Shown in pieces: positions 38,501 through 52,699 of a stretch of 64,000 nt of DNA. Source of the stretch: Geosiphon pyriformis uo1. Taxonomy: Eukaryota > Fungi > Glomeromycota. Position 1 is the stretch's first letter. Each line of letters begins with the position of its first letter. The notes under the pieces were generated by a model, which was not told the origin of the DNA, made no database searches, and saw only the letters and a program-made list of their open reading frames with translations. The DNA lies in assembly GCA_016748015.1 (NCBI GenBank), contig JAAOMT010000769.1, forward strand, positions 4,441 through 68,440, given 5' to 3'. The position numbers and the translations under genes were made by a program.

Positions 38501-41500
38501 TTTGCTTTTTTGTTGGATACTTGGGACAGACTTGATTCTGTGGGTGCTTCTTCAGTGAAGTCTTTATTTTTTGCTGGCTCCGGTTTTGATGCTGTCTATT
38601 CTGAGCTGGCTAAGACTAGAAAGTTTTACTGCTCTGTTAAATTGAGAGAATCTAAACATGCCAAAGCTTCTCATATAAGACAGGCTATTGAGAGGAGGAT
38701 GGAGAGTTTTGAGGTAGACAAGGGTCATACTATCTGGAGTGTTTTGGAGAGGCCATTTTGGAAGGTGGTATTGGATTATCTGATTGTGGGTGAGGATTTG
38801 GTCTTAGAGCCTGAGTTGGTTAAATCTAAGATGGATGTGATTATGGAGAGTTGGACTCAGAAGTGTGTAGTGGTGCCTGACATTTCTAGTAATTGGAAAT
38901 GACAATTCCAGCCTTTGGATCATGTCTTTAATGGTGCCTTTACCAACATTATGTGCTCAATTAGTTTTGATGAAATGTTTGGGGTTATTTTCAATTTGCC
39001 CAAGGGGAAAGCAGCTGGTCTTTCTGGTATACTTAATGAATTTTAGAAACATTGTGATAAGTCAGTTTTAGATATGCTTTTGGTACTCTTGAACTTTTGC
39101 TTAGTTAGTGAGGCAATACCTGGTCCTTGAAGGGAGGCTTGGGTTTCAATGATTCTTAAACCTTATAAGTGGGAGAGTGTTCTTACAAATATTTGTCCCA
39201 TTGCTCTGATTGAAACAGCTCGCAAAATACTTTTCAAGATTCTTTCGGACTGGATCTCTTCAGCTTGTAGTGCTTTTAATGTTCTTTGTGAGGACAATTT
39301 TTCTGTTTTGAAAGATACAATTACGCAATTACCCATTTTTGCTATCAGTTCTGTAATTGAGGATGCCTTAGAGAAGAACCAGAAATTGTGGCTGGTGTTG
39401 CAAAATATGTGGAAGGCTTATGATTCTGTTGGTTGGAAGCATCTTAGGAGGAGTCTGGTCAGGATCAAGATGTGTGATAGGTTTATTAGATTCTTTGGTA
39501 ACATCCATAATGGCCATATTAACAGAGTGATGATGGATTTTGGATTGACTGATGGTTATCATGTTCATGATGGTTTGGATCAGAGTGAGATTTTCTCACC
39601 TCTTCTTTGGCATATATTTTATGATTCACTCTTGTGTAAGATCAAATGACAAGAGAGTATGTGTGGTTACAGGTTGATTTCTCATTTTGTTGTCAGAACC
39701 AGCCGCGTGGAATCTCAGAGTGAGCTGTTATCATTTCTGGCTGCTGGTGCTTTTGTTAATAATACAATTTGGGTTGGTAGCAGCTGGACTACTACTCAAT
39801 ATATTCTGGATATTGCTAGTGACTTTTTCAGGCCTAATAACATTTCAATTAACAATGACAAGACTGTGGCCATTCCCATCAACTGTAGAGTTGCAAACCC
39901 AGTTTTGACTGTTTGTGGCTTACTTATTTCTATCGCTAAAAAGGGTGTACCTCATTGTTATCTGAGTATATTTGTGTTTTTCAAGATCTAGCCTGGCTAA
40001 AGCACATTTGGATGTTCGGTTTTTTGTTAATCTCGTACTTAGAAAGGCGATTTTGGATAAGCAGTTTGCTTATTTGGTGTTTTTGGTTCTCTTTCCTATT
40101 ATCAGCTACAGAACTCAGTTCAGTTTTGTTCCTTTTAGTGTATATAATAAATGGGATGCTTTGATTTGCAAGGACTTGAAATTTAAATCTGGGCTGCTGC
40201 TAGATTTTCCCAATGATCCACTTCATCATCCTTTCTTGTACAATTTAAAAACTTTTGAGCAAATTCAGGCTGAGAGCAAGTCGGCTTCTGTCATTGCTTT
40301 TGTGAATTCTGTTGGTGTTTTGAGTCATCTGTTTGTTCACCGGTCTCATAACTTCCAGGTTCTCAGCTGGCACCCCCATCACCCTCTATTGCTTCTGGTC
40401 CATATTAGTGTCAGCTCTTCGAATAACTTTCTGGCAGGTGTGGTTTGTGTTTTTTCTGGATGTAATTTATCTCTAGGTGGCTCTCTGGCTAGTGCTTTTC
40501 ATCTTTGGGGTGGTACTCCTATGTTCTTGGTTCTTGGTAAAAAAGTTTTTTTTAAATAAGTCTCTTTCCTCAGATGTTATGGTATTGCCTTTGTAGAACA
40601 GCTTCATAGCTGGGATAGTGAAATTTTTGATTGGAAGACTTTCAAGCATTGGAAGAGACTGGATCCCTGTGGCCCAGTTTTCTCGTGGTTTGATCTCTCT
40701 GTTTATTTTCTTGGTGGTGCTGCTTCTTCTTCTGTTTGCTCTTCTCATGTGGAATTTTGTGGTTCTTTGGATGTTCATTGGTCTTTTGGTTTTGGTGCTG
40801 TCTGCAACAGTCTGTTGAATGCTGGTGTCACCCATCTTTCTGTGTATATGGATGGGTTTCTGAGTAACTTGGGTACTATTGACATGAAGGCTGGTGCTGC
40901 TGTTTTTTTTGAAGACATTAATTTGAGTCTGGGTGTGGGGGTGTCTGGTTTGGTCTCTTCTACCTTGGTGGAGTTGCAGGCCATTGCTTTGGCTCTTGAG
41001 TGTGTTCCTTCTTTCTGTGTGGTCGACTTGTTCTCAAACAGCCAGGGGGCTCTGGATGCATACAAGTTGGAGTCTTTATTGATTGAACCTGATTACAAAA
41101 ATCATTGTTGGATCAAGTGTTATCACATTGTCAATGTCATTCGTCACAAAAATTTGGATGTAAATTGGATTAAGATTAAAGATCATTCAGGCATTTCAGG
41201 CAATGAGCGTGCTGATGCATTAGCTAGAGATGCTGCTTTCTCTGCTTGGTGTCTGCCCCATTTAGTCAATGAGAAGTTTATTAAGACTGGTATTGATGCA
41301 GTTTCTGGTAATTTTAGACACTTTGTTCATGATGTTTTTAGGTTAATCTATTATGCACATTGAGAGGTTGGTTCCAGTTTCCAGGTTGTTCCAGCTAATT
41401 TGCATGCTGATATTGATTGGCTGAGATCTTTTCTGGTTTGGCACCCGCACTCTCACTTGGCTTCGAGTTTCACTAGTGCATGAACTGCTGACTTTCAAAC

Positions 41501-42257
41501 ATACTTTATGAAGACTCTTTACTATCAGCTCCCTGTTGTTGTGCAGAAGTGCTTATATGATAGGAGTTATCCCAATGTGGTGTGTTTGTTTTGTGGTGAC
41601 ATTGAGGTCTTGGACCATATTTTTTCTTGTTCATTTGAGACTGTTGGTTATGCTCAGCTGTTAGATAATCATGCATTGGCTTGAGAGGTGCACTCTGGTT
41701 TGGTTTGGTCTTCTTTGTGTGTCTCACAATTGCTGTCCACTTGTGTTGCTGATGCTGTAGTTGGTACAGTTCTGTGTAAAGGCTTTGTTTTCAGTGGTTG
41801 GTTTTGTAAATCAGTTTTGGTTTTTAAGGATTTCAAGATTGTGACTTTGGTCATTGTAAATTTCATGTGTGCATTCTGTCTCTCTTTTCGGGATGATATT
41901 TGGCTGGTCCGTGCTAAACACTGGGCTTATATGGAAAAAAATGGACTTATTCTATATGATAGTTCTGTTCCAGTTTCAGTTTTTGGTTCTACTTTGTTGT
42001 TTTCTCCTAGTGTAATCAGATTGTTGGGTATTGCTGAGGCTTTTGGTGTTGGTTTCAGATTTCGCAAGTTCTGTTTGTTTTTTTCAGGTATTGATGATAT
42101 AGTCTCTATTCATATAGGTGCTTAGTGTTGTTTTGGTTGGTCTGAGTGGCTGGTTACGTGTGGAAAATACATGATTCACTTCTAGTTTAGATCATTTGAA
42201 TAATGTATAGTACTAGGTTATATTTAGATTTCACTCATTAAACGTAATAAAAAAAAA
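35506..42257 (+). mobile_element. Full-length but degenerate LINE B (same family as LINE A, different subfamily), poly(A), 10-bp TSD
   Basis: TSD aataataggg at 35496-35505 and 42258-42267; empty site at ~17300-17315 (reverse complement gaataatagggtct). ORF1 ~35652-37450 and ORF2 37447-42125, both with many stops; APE, RT and RNase H remnants. Confidence 0.95.
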
Positions 42258-45200
42258 AATAATAGGGTCTTAATTGGATTAAGTTATAAAAAATACACAA
42301 TTTATATTTGTGTTTAATTATTATTAATAAATACATGTATAAATTATTCAAAATTTAACCAATAACTTTACAGTTAAATTTTAAAAATATAATTTTAATA
42401 GTTAAAATATCAATAGTTATAATACAATACATAAATAATAAAATTAATTATACACTTTAATTAAAATCAGTTTAATATTTTTTGAAAAAATTATAACAGC
42501 TGTATTATTTTTATTACCAATTTTAAATTATTTTCTATTTTTGAATTTTTTTGAAAAATTAGCAGCTATAATTTTAAGACCAATTACATTAATTTACACT
42601 TTATTTTTATTAACTATTTTTAATCTTTAAGTATTTTTTAAGAATAAATATTATTATTTTTTTGGTTAATTATCTATAAATGATCAGTAAAAATTTAAAT
42701 ATATTGATTTTAAACCACATTAAAAATTATAAAAACAATTTAAATTTTATTAAACAACAAAACAAAACAAAACATTTTTTAAGAAAAAAATGTAAATTGC
42801 TTTAGTATAAACTTTTGCTTTTTAAAACTTTTATAAATTTATTTATCAAATTTTAAAATTTGCCATATCTTTATTAAAGTAAAATTTTTATTGTAAATTC
42901 ATTTTTATATTAAACAGTTATGGTTATCAAAATTTAAAAGATAACAAAAAAGTTTTTTTATTACTCATTATTAATTATGACAAAAATAAAAAAAATTAAA
43001 AATATTTGTTGTTTTATTGTATTTTATAGTTTTTTTTTTGATTTAATTTTTTATTTATAAATTTACTGTAATAAATTTCAATAGCATCTTTTAACTTTAA
43101 CAATAAAGAGTAAAAATTAACTACAAAACACCAAATTTCTTTATAAATTTATAAAATATTTATTATAAAATAATTTATTTTTATTAAACATATTTATATA
43201 TTTATAAATATTAATACTTATAAAATTATTACTAATAATTAAAATTTTTTATATTTAACTTTTAATTTCAAATTAATATTATATTTATAATTTATTAAAA
43301 AATTTTAAACAAAAAAAACAATTTTGAGTTTTTTATTCTATTAAAATTAAACAAATAAACTAACTTTTTAATCCAATCTTTAAAAACAAAGTTTTTAGTA
43401 ATAATTATATAATATTTATAAGACTTTAAATTAGTAAGTAAAATATTAATTACAAGTTTTTAAGTATTTATATTTTTTTATTTATATTTTTTTTGACAAT
43501 AGTATTTAAAATATTTTTATTTTGTCATATTATATTTGAATATTTAAAATTATATAATTATTTTTTGTAATTATTAAAAGTTTTTTATGTAGAATCTTTA
43601 TTAAATAAGTTTACAAATTAACAATTAAGCAGTTAACAAACTTAAACTTAATATAATTATTAGAATACTAAATTATAACAAATCTTTTTTAATTAACATA
43701 TTTAGTTAAAGTATTAATATATTATATAATATATTTAGCTTTTATAAAGTACAATTTACAAAAATATATAGTTTTTTTTACAATATACAATGCATTACCA
43801 AAAATATTGTTTAATATATTAATAAAAATTTCAGTTTTATTTATAATATATATAAATTATAAATAATATTAATATTGTTTTTTTTGTTTTTATTGAATAA
43901 TATTAAAAATTGTGGTTTTACCAAAATATGAATTTTACATATTATTTAATTGACAATTACAATAAATAAAATTAATAAATTAACAAAATTATAATAAAAA
44001 TAATATTAATAAAAAATCTTGAATTTATATATTTTTTATAATTATAATAAATTAATATTAGATCTTTAGTCGAAATGTTTTTTATAAAAAATAAATCTTT
44101 CAATATAATAAATTATTTAAATTTAATATTCTGAAAAATGATATTTAAGTATCAAATTATAAAGTTTTATTTTTTGAAAAAAGAACTTAATTTTAATTTA
44201 GACAATTAATTTTTTGAAATAAATAAATAAAATTCAACTGTAATAAGTAATTTTTGTGTTAATTAAAAAAACTCGAATAGAAAGATAAAACAATATTTAT
44301 TCTTAAATAATTAATATAAATAAATTTAATATTTAGCTTCTTTAAATTAAAAGCTCAATATATCATATAAAATAAATAATACTTTATTTATTTTATTAAG
44401 TTCTTAATACAGTTAATGATGATCTAAATATTTAATTAGATATTTATATAAAATTTTTATAATTCTAAAGAAGTTTTTCTGTATTTATTAGATTAAATAT
44501 TAAATTTTAATAATTCTAAAAAATATTATTTTATAATAAAGTTTTTTATTTATAATAAAACGTATATATTTAACAAATAAAAAATTAAAATTATTTTTAT
44601 TAACAAATTAAACTATAAAATATTTAACTTTTAATATTTATTTTGTTTTGTTTAAATTATGTTTCAATTTCATTAATTGAAAATATAACAAATCTATTTG
44701 TAAATTTGATATATTAATTTAATTTTTTTTAGTTAATTTGTATAATTAATTTATAGAAATATTATTTTTAAAAAGTTTTGTTATGAATAAATCTTTTATT
44801 TTTATTTATTTACTTAGCTATAATTAATTATATATATTAGTTACTAATATCATTAATTAGCCATTTTATTTTTAAAACTTGTTATTGCTATAATTATTAA
44901 CTTGATTAATAACTTAATTATTGACTTAGTTATTAATTTAGTCATTAACCTAATCAATAACTTGATTATTAAACAAATCATTAATGTAATTACTAACTTA
45001 ATCTTTAATTTTTTTTTGAGAATATATAAACAAGATTTTTTAAAACTGTAAAAAAACATTTATACTTAAATTATAGATCAATACAATAATATCAATTCTT
45101 TTATTTATTTTTTACTATTTATTTATTTATTTTTTTTAATTTGTATAATTATTAATTTTTATAAATATATTAAATAAATATTTATTTAAAAATACAATTG

Positions 45201-47059
45201 CTATTATTTAAAGTAAAATTATCTATTTATTAATAAATTATTAATTACTATTTAATTTATGTTATTATTATCACTTAATTGAATTATTTTCTATTCTTTG
45301 TTCTATCAATAATTTGTGCTAATAATAATTAATATTTAATTATATTAGAACAATAGCTCTTGATTATAGCTATTAACAGAATACTTATTTTTTAATTTAG
45401 TTGTGTTTACTAAAATTGATTAAAAAAAGCACTAAAATTATAACATTAAAAATTATTTATTAAAAAACATTAAAACAAAGCATAAAATAAATAATAAAAA
45501 TTACTTATTAAAAAGATATATTTATTAGAATAAATTAGTTATTAAACTGAAAAGTTAGATACTATAATAAATTGTATAAAAAAAAAGCTTTCTTTTTAAA
45601 AAAATATATTTTAATTAGAATGAATCTTTATTTAAACTTAAGTTATTTTTTTTATAAATCAATTCAAATAAAATTTAAATTAAAAAACATAAATCTTTTA
45701 ATTATTACTTAAATTTATTTTTTCTTATTAAATTTTAAAATTAATTAACTATTAATTTTAGTAATTATTAATAACTTCTAAGCCTAAATTTAAAATAATT
45801 TTTTAACCCATTTTTTATTTTTATAGCAAAATAATTACACATATTTTAAAAAGCTTACAGATAAAATTTTTCTGTAAAAAAATCAACTTTTATCACAAAA
45901 TTAGCCATTTTATTATAAATTCAACAGAATATATAATCTTAAGTATAAAAAAATACTTTTAAAAAAATTAGCTTATTAGAAATTCACAAACTTTTATTAA
46001 TAACAGATTACAATAAAACAAATATTAATAATATTAATAAAAAGTAAAAAAACTTTTGGTAACAGCATTTAAAAAATATGTTTTTGTTTTTTCTTTAATA
46101 ATTATTATATTATTTACTATTTATGTTCGGAATTTTATAAATAATTTATAAATTGGCTAATAGTAAATCTTGTTTAATTTTTAGAATTATTAGTTAAAGC
46201 AATACAAAAAATCCAAAAACCTTTAATATTAATCTTATTATAATTAATTATAATAGCTTTAATATAATTTAAAACCTAAAAATTAAGATTTTTTAGTCTG
46301 TTATCAATATAAAAACATTGGCTATTTGACATAAAATTGTAATAATTTACTAATGTTTTCTTTAATTATAAGAAATAACAATTAAATTAATAATAAAATT
46401 AATAATAGTTAAGCTTTTAATTCAAATACAAATTAGGCTTATATAAACTTTTTTAAAAAAATTTTTTTAAAAATATAAGTTTTTAAATTAATAAACATAT
46501 CTTTTAAAAATAAAAATACAAGCCAAAAAAAAAAGTTTTTTTGTTTAGTTTTAATTTAATTAATAATAACATAGAATTACAAAAAACTAATAGCAAACTA
46601 TTAAGTTATATCAGATTTAAAAAACAGAAAATAAATTTCAATCTGAATTTTAATACTACTACTTTAAAAATATTCAAAAATTTATCAAAATTAAAACTAT
46701 CAAAAATTATTCAAAAATTAAATTTTTATTTAATAGTTAATGATCTAATAAAAACACCTGTTTATATTATTTTTGATCACTTTATAATTTATTCACAATT
46801 CTGAAAAAACTTTCAAAAATTTTTAATATTCAAAAAATATATCCAAAGATTAACAAATGTTTTTAATAAAATAATATTTCTCTTATTTGTAAAACACAAA
46901 TATTTAGATATTTTATAAATTGATATTAAATACAATTAGAAAAAAAGTTAATAAACTATTAAGAATTAATTTAGTTATAACAACTTATTACAAAAAAAAT
47001 TTGTAACAACTTCGAAAAAGCATGTGATTTAATATTTTGACACGTGACTTTATTTGTTT

Positions 47060-47097
47060 CGTCGATCACTGCGCCATATATGGCGCAGTGATCAACG
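47060..47097. repeat. Second copy of the 38-bp palindrome (37/38 match)
   Basis: cgtcgatcactgcgccatatatggcgcagtgatcaacg. Confidence 0.95.
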
Positions 47098-49649
47098 TCT
47101 CAATTTGTTTTAAATTATGTAATATTAATTATTTTTATTAGTTAAAAATAATTACATATATTATATTATATAGTTTTTGAATTTGATATATATTATTTGT
47201 ATATTATAGTACAAAAACACATCAAAATTTTTGGTGTAACTGCTTTTATTCTTGCACAACAAAAAGTTTTTTTTGTTTAAACAGTACATAAGTTACAAGA
47301 AAAACTTATATATTATGAATATAAACATAAAAATTTGTGTACTAAATATAAACTATAAATTTTAAAGTGTTAAAGACAACAAGTTACACAAAATTTAATT
47401 CTTCAAACTATTTTAGATAATATTCACTTAAATATATTAATTATAATTATAATTGTAATTAATAGTATAATAGCAATTTTAAATATAATCATTTATATGT
47501 TATGTATTGTATTAAGATTAATATTTTAGTATAAATACAAGACAAAAAAATAACCAGTTTGCTTTTAGAGAAAAGTATATATATATTTCCAATAAAAAAT
47601 TATGTATTAAAAGATTAAAGTTATTTCTATCCTAATTTAGAATATATTTTTAATGTAAAACTGGTTAATCAATTCCAGAATTATGTCAATAAAAACCTAT
47701 TTCAATTAAATAATTAAGTGCTTATAAATAAATATAAGATCTTTGGTTATAATTTTAATCATATTTAGTGTCAAATTTTTTTAAATTTATTTAGCTATAA
47801 AATTTTGCACCAGTTATGTTTTTGAAACATAAAAAAATATCAATATAATTATAAAGACTTATAATAAACAACAAAAATTTGAAGTTATTTAAAAGAAATT
47901 AGAATAATATTCAGATGACAGCATTAAATATTGCACTTTTGGATGTAAATTTGGTGACCAATATAAACTAAAAAAAAAGATTAATGTTTAAAATTATTAA
48001 AATACCAAATTAAAACATTAAGAATATAGTTGGCATATCAATATTAACTGCACTAAAAACTTACATAAAATAACTCATATTATTTTTAACAATACACATA
48101 ATTATTTATTATATCTTAACATTAGAAAATATGCTTTGATATATTAAAAAATTTCAGATAATATTCTTTAAAAAATTTAATTTTTAACAGAATATACAAA
48201 TTTATTAATTACCATTCATAAAAAATTATTAAAAGTAAAATTTCTAATAGCATCTATTTTTAATTGTAACTTTATGAATGCATTACAAAGATTTAAAGTT
48301 TATGACAATAAAAAACACAATATATTTTACTTGTTAACAACTCTTATAAATTGCAAATCAAATAATTTTAAATAGGTTATAAAATTTAAAATTAATAAAA
48401 ATTGGCTTACTTGTATATTTTGAATGTCTTCTGTACAAGTTGTTCTTTGGTTAAAGTATTATAATATTGTTCTAAATGACAATACAGCAAAGACTAATTA
48501 TTATTAGATGTCATTTTCTCTTTTTTTTATTGTAGACAATAACACAAAATTTTATTTCATTGTACAAGCTCTTATATTAAATGAAACTGCTAAATTGTAT
48601 AAATAGATTTTAAAATGCACAAAAAAAGCAATAATAACAGAACCATTAAGGTTTATTACTAATATTAATTCTATAATAGATACAATAATTGCTTAAGTAT
48701 ACAAAACAATTTATTAAATTCATTGTATTTTTTACATTAAAAAAAACCTATCAAAATAACTTAAATCAAAGCTTCACAATCAATATAAAAGCTTTGTTTA
48801 TGAATTTTTTTTATGTTACAATAGTTTATGTAAAAAAATTTTTATAAACAATGATTACAACTTACTAAAATATATGTTAATACTAAAAATTATCTATTAA
48901 GAGCTTTTTATTTCAGTTGACAAATAATAGTCTATGTATTTATATTAAAATATTTATTACAGAAATTCAAACTATTTCTTACATTAAAGATCTTAATAAT
49001 ATTATTAAATACATGCTTTTAGCAAATAGCAGTTTGTGATTTTGTTAATACATTAGATATAAACTGGAAAATAAGACAAAATAAAGTTATTTTTTTTGAA
49101 TATTATATACTTTTATTTTGTATAAAAATCATATTAGTTGACCACGATTTTTTTTCTGAGATTAACAAATAAATAATTCAATACTTTATATCTTATATCT
49201 TATTTATAAAACATTTAAAAATGGCAAAATATTTATACTTTATTATAAGTTAATTATTATTGAATATTAATACTTATATTAATAATAAAATTTATTTCTT
49301 AATATATTTTTTTAAATTATTTATCTAACAACATTTTGATATTTAGGATTTTAATTTTAATATAATAAATAATTTTATTAAAAATGTATATAATATAAAA
49401 CAAATTTTATTGAAATTAATAGTTGCTAAAATCAATAAAAAAACATTAAAAAAGTGTAGAAAGTCACAAACCTATGACCAAAAAACAGCAAATATTTATA
49501 TTTTATTATAATTATTAATTCTGTTTCTTATTTTTATTCATGTTTATTTAATATATCTTATAGTATTATTTATTGCTATTATTTTTAAGTGATGTTATAT
49601 TCAAAAATTGTGAAATTTTACATTCAAATAATACTTTTGTAATAGTATA

Positions 49650-52473
49650 CTAATAAAAAAAAGACAATAATTTAATTATTAAAGCTTTTTGCTTTGTAAA
49701 TTAAGAGACTACAAAAATTTTTTCTAATAAAATAGTAATTCCAAATTTTTTAACTATACCTAAAACCATTACTAATGTTTTATATCTTATAACACAAAGA
49801 AAACAAAAATAGAATAAAATGTAAAAACTCACATAACAGGCTGTTTAGTATGCTATTAAACATAACAATTATAATAAGATAATAATATGATTAAAGCAAT
49901 TTATTAACCAACATAAAAAAGTAGTGCTTATATTTCAAAATCAAGACTAAGTTCTGGAGAACAATTAAGTTGATAATGTCAATAAAAAAAATAAGTTTGA
50001 GCAAATTGAAATCTATTAGTATTATTACATAAAGAATGCTTAAAAACCAAACATTATAAGTTTGCTATTGAAAAAAAAACAAAATTATGTACAAAATACA
50101 CTTTTTGTAAATGTAATCTTTTAGGATACAATAATACAAAATATTAAAATTAAATAAGATTTAGTCAATTATTTGTTTATTTTTTACTTTGCAATAACTA
50201 AATATTGCATTTATTTCTAGTAAAATTAATAATATGTATATTAAAATTGATATAAAAGTATTAAAAGCAAAGTATTATACCATAATTTTTGGAATTAAAT
50301 AGTTAAAAAAAGTAAAATTTTTTTTAGATTATAAATTTTATAAATTTACAATTTGTAGTAAAGCCATATTAATTACAATTGAATACTAATATTAAACTAT
50401 TTTTTTTGTAATAATTTAACAACAATAATTACACTACAATAATAATAATAAATTTAATAATTTTGATAATTTTAAAGAAAAAAAAGATGGTAAAAAGACC
50501 TAATTAATTTTTACTATTTTTAATAATAATAAAAAACTTTTAGATAATATATATGTTAATAATCAAATATTGATTGTTAATAGAAAAATCTATTTATTAT
50601 AATATATTTAAAAGGATATTCAAATAACAACTTAAAAAAAAATTTATTAATAATATAGTTTTTGTATATAATACTAATACAACTATTTTTTTACTCCTTA
50701 ATAATAAATACAAATTATGTTTATTATTATTTAAAGATTAAGAATCGGTCAGCTTAATTCTAGATAAAAAAAGCAAAGTAGTATAAAAAACATTTAAAAA
50801 AAAGTGTTTAAAATTTAATTCTTAATAATTAAACATATAAATAAAACCAAAAATATCCAGTCTATTTATTTAAAATATTATTAATTAAATTAACAAAATA
50901 ATAAATTTATCAAAAAAAAAATTAAATCAAAAAATTAAAATTTATACAAAAAACCAAGAATCAATGAATATTTTTGTTATAATAATATCTAAGAAAAAAA
51001 AAATTATAATTTTGTGTTTATTATTATTAATTAAATACAATTACTAAAAAAAACATGTATTTTTTACTAAAAATTAATAATAATACTTTTAATCAATTTA
51101 ATAGCTTAGCATATTTTACAAAAATTGATTTAACTGTTAAATTTNNNNNNNNNNNNNNNNNNNNNNNNNNNNNNNNNNNNNNNNNNNNNNNNNNNNNNNN
51201 NNNNNNNNNNNNAACGAATTTAATTATAACATTAAATATTGCAAAAAAACAAACAATTAAAACATAGATATTTTATTTCGATTGGTTATTCAGTAAAATA
51301 AAACAAATCAGTAAAAACTAATAAATTTAATTATTAATAATATATATTAAAACCAAATACAACAATGGACTTAGAAAACTACTTAGCATTTATCAAATTT
51401 TTGAATAAAAAATAATACTCACTAAAATATAATTGACATCAAAAAGAACATTTGTAAAAACAATCAAATTTTTATTTGATTTGCCAAAACCAATTATATA
51501 AAAAAAAAACCAAAAAAATCTTAATTAATTACAAAAAATTATTTAATTTAAAAAAAGAGAAATCAGGATTTATAATATACATACCGATTTTTTAACAGAA
51601 CATTTCAGAAAAACAAAAACTATTTAAAAAACATTAACACAATATTATTGGTTAATATTAAAAAAAGATATAACAAAATACATTATAACTTATCATATTT
51701 GCTAATAAAAAATAAATCTAATCGAAAAGAAAACATTTATTCCATATTTGTTAATTAATCTTTTAACAGAATTGAAATTAATGTTGTAAACTACTTAACA
51801 ATAACCTTTAATAAAAATAAAAATATTATAATAGTAACTAATTGCTATTTCAATAGCCAATTTTATCTATGAAAAATTATATATAGATGTAAATATTTTT
51901 AAGAATTACTTTCAAATAGAAAAAAAGCTTTTTTTAGCTTATTAATAAAAAAACTATTAAAGAAACTTGAAATATATCACAAATTTTTTTCTTTTTATTA
52001 TTTACAAATTAATAGATTAATAAAATATTTTAACTGAATACTTTATAAAACTTTAGCAAAAACTAGTAAAAAAATAAATCTATAGGACAAAGTTTTGTTT
52101 TCAGCTTTTTTTGTTTATAGAACAGTAAATTATAACATAACTGATTATGAACTTTTTTATTTATTTTATAAATATATAATAATATTATCTATTAAAACTA
52201 ATATTGAAACAATACTCTTTAAAGAAATAACAAAATTAAGTTATAAAAACTTTTTACAATAAAAATTTAGAACAATTTTAGACTTTTTAATAAAAACACA
52301 AATAATTGTTTATAAAAAAATAAAAACATTTCAAGAAAAACTTAAAAAAAAGAAAATCAAAACAATATTTTTAGTAACAAATTTTTAAGTTAATAAAAAA
52401 ATTATTCATAATTAACAAAATATTAAACAATAAATTTTATATATTGCAGAATTAATATAAAACAATATTTAAT
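49650..52473 (+). mobile_element. Degenerate Ty3/Gypsy pol relic (protease, RT start, integrase)
   Basis: Protease tail IDIKVLKAKYYTIIFGIK*LKKVK (~50245-50315); RT FCVYY..LNTITKKNMYFL.KINN...FTKIDL (~51010-51135); integrase HHCC remnant IHTDFLTEHFRKTKTI*K...YYW...KDITKYI.TYHIC (~51577-51702); core remnants FNRIEINVV, YYLQINRLIKYFN*ILYKTLAK and AFFVYRT. Confidence 0.85.
51145..51212. other. Assembly gap (68 N, although the mirror arm has ~860 bp here, 299-1161)
   Basis: The flanks match 1162 and 298 on the reverse complement. Confidence 0.95.
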
Positions 52474-52531
52474 CTGTCTCTTATACACATCTAATTGTTT
52501 TATGGAATATGAAGATGTGTATAAGAGACAG
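52474..52531. other. Nextera/Tn5 mosaic-end adapter pair (library artefact)
   Basis: CTGTCTCTTATACACATCT at 52474-52492 and AGATGTGTATAAGAGACAG at 52513-52531, both exact. Confidence 0.97.
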
Positions 52532-52699
52532 GAGAAGTGAAGTGGATAATAAAACTGATACCAAAGTAAGAGAAGAATCTACCTTATAATTTACAAGGGG
52601 TATAAAACGAGAAATGGAACAAAACTTTTTTATCGAAAGTCTGAAAATTGTTTTATGGAATATGATGTGTATTTATATCTGTTTTGTAAAGGTTATCAT

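Larger units (their letters stand above)
31775..51510 (-). repeat. Right arm of giant inverted duplication
   Basis: Reverse complement of 1..21105, minus LINE A and plus LINE B, with several indels (e.g. ~42773-43488 and ~44220-44430 only in this arm; 11701-12660 and ~14500-14920 only in the left arm). Confidence 0.9.

Noticed and set aside
52474-52531. 19-bp inverted repeats suggesting a Tn5/IS50 mini-transposon or horizontal transfer
   Set aside because: Exact match to the synthetic mosaic end used in Nextera libraries; no transposase nearby.
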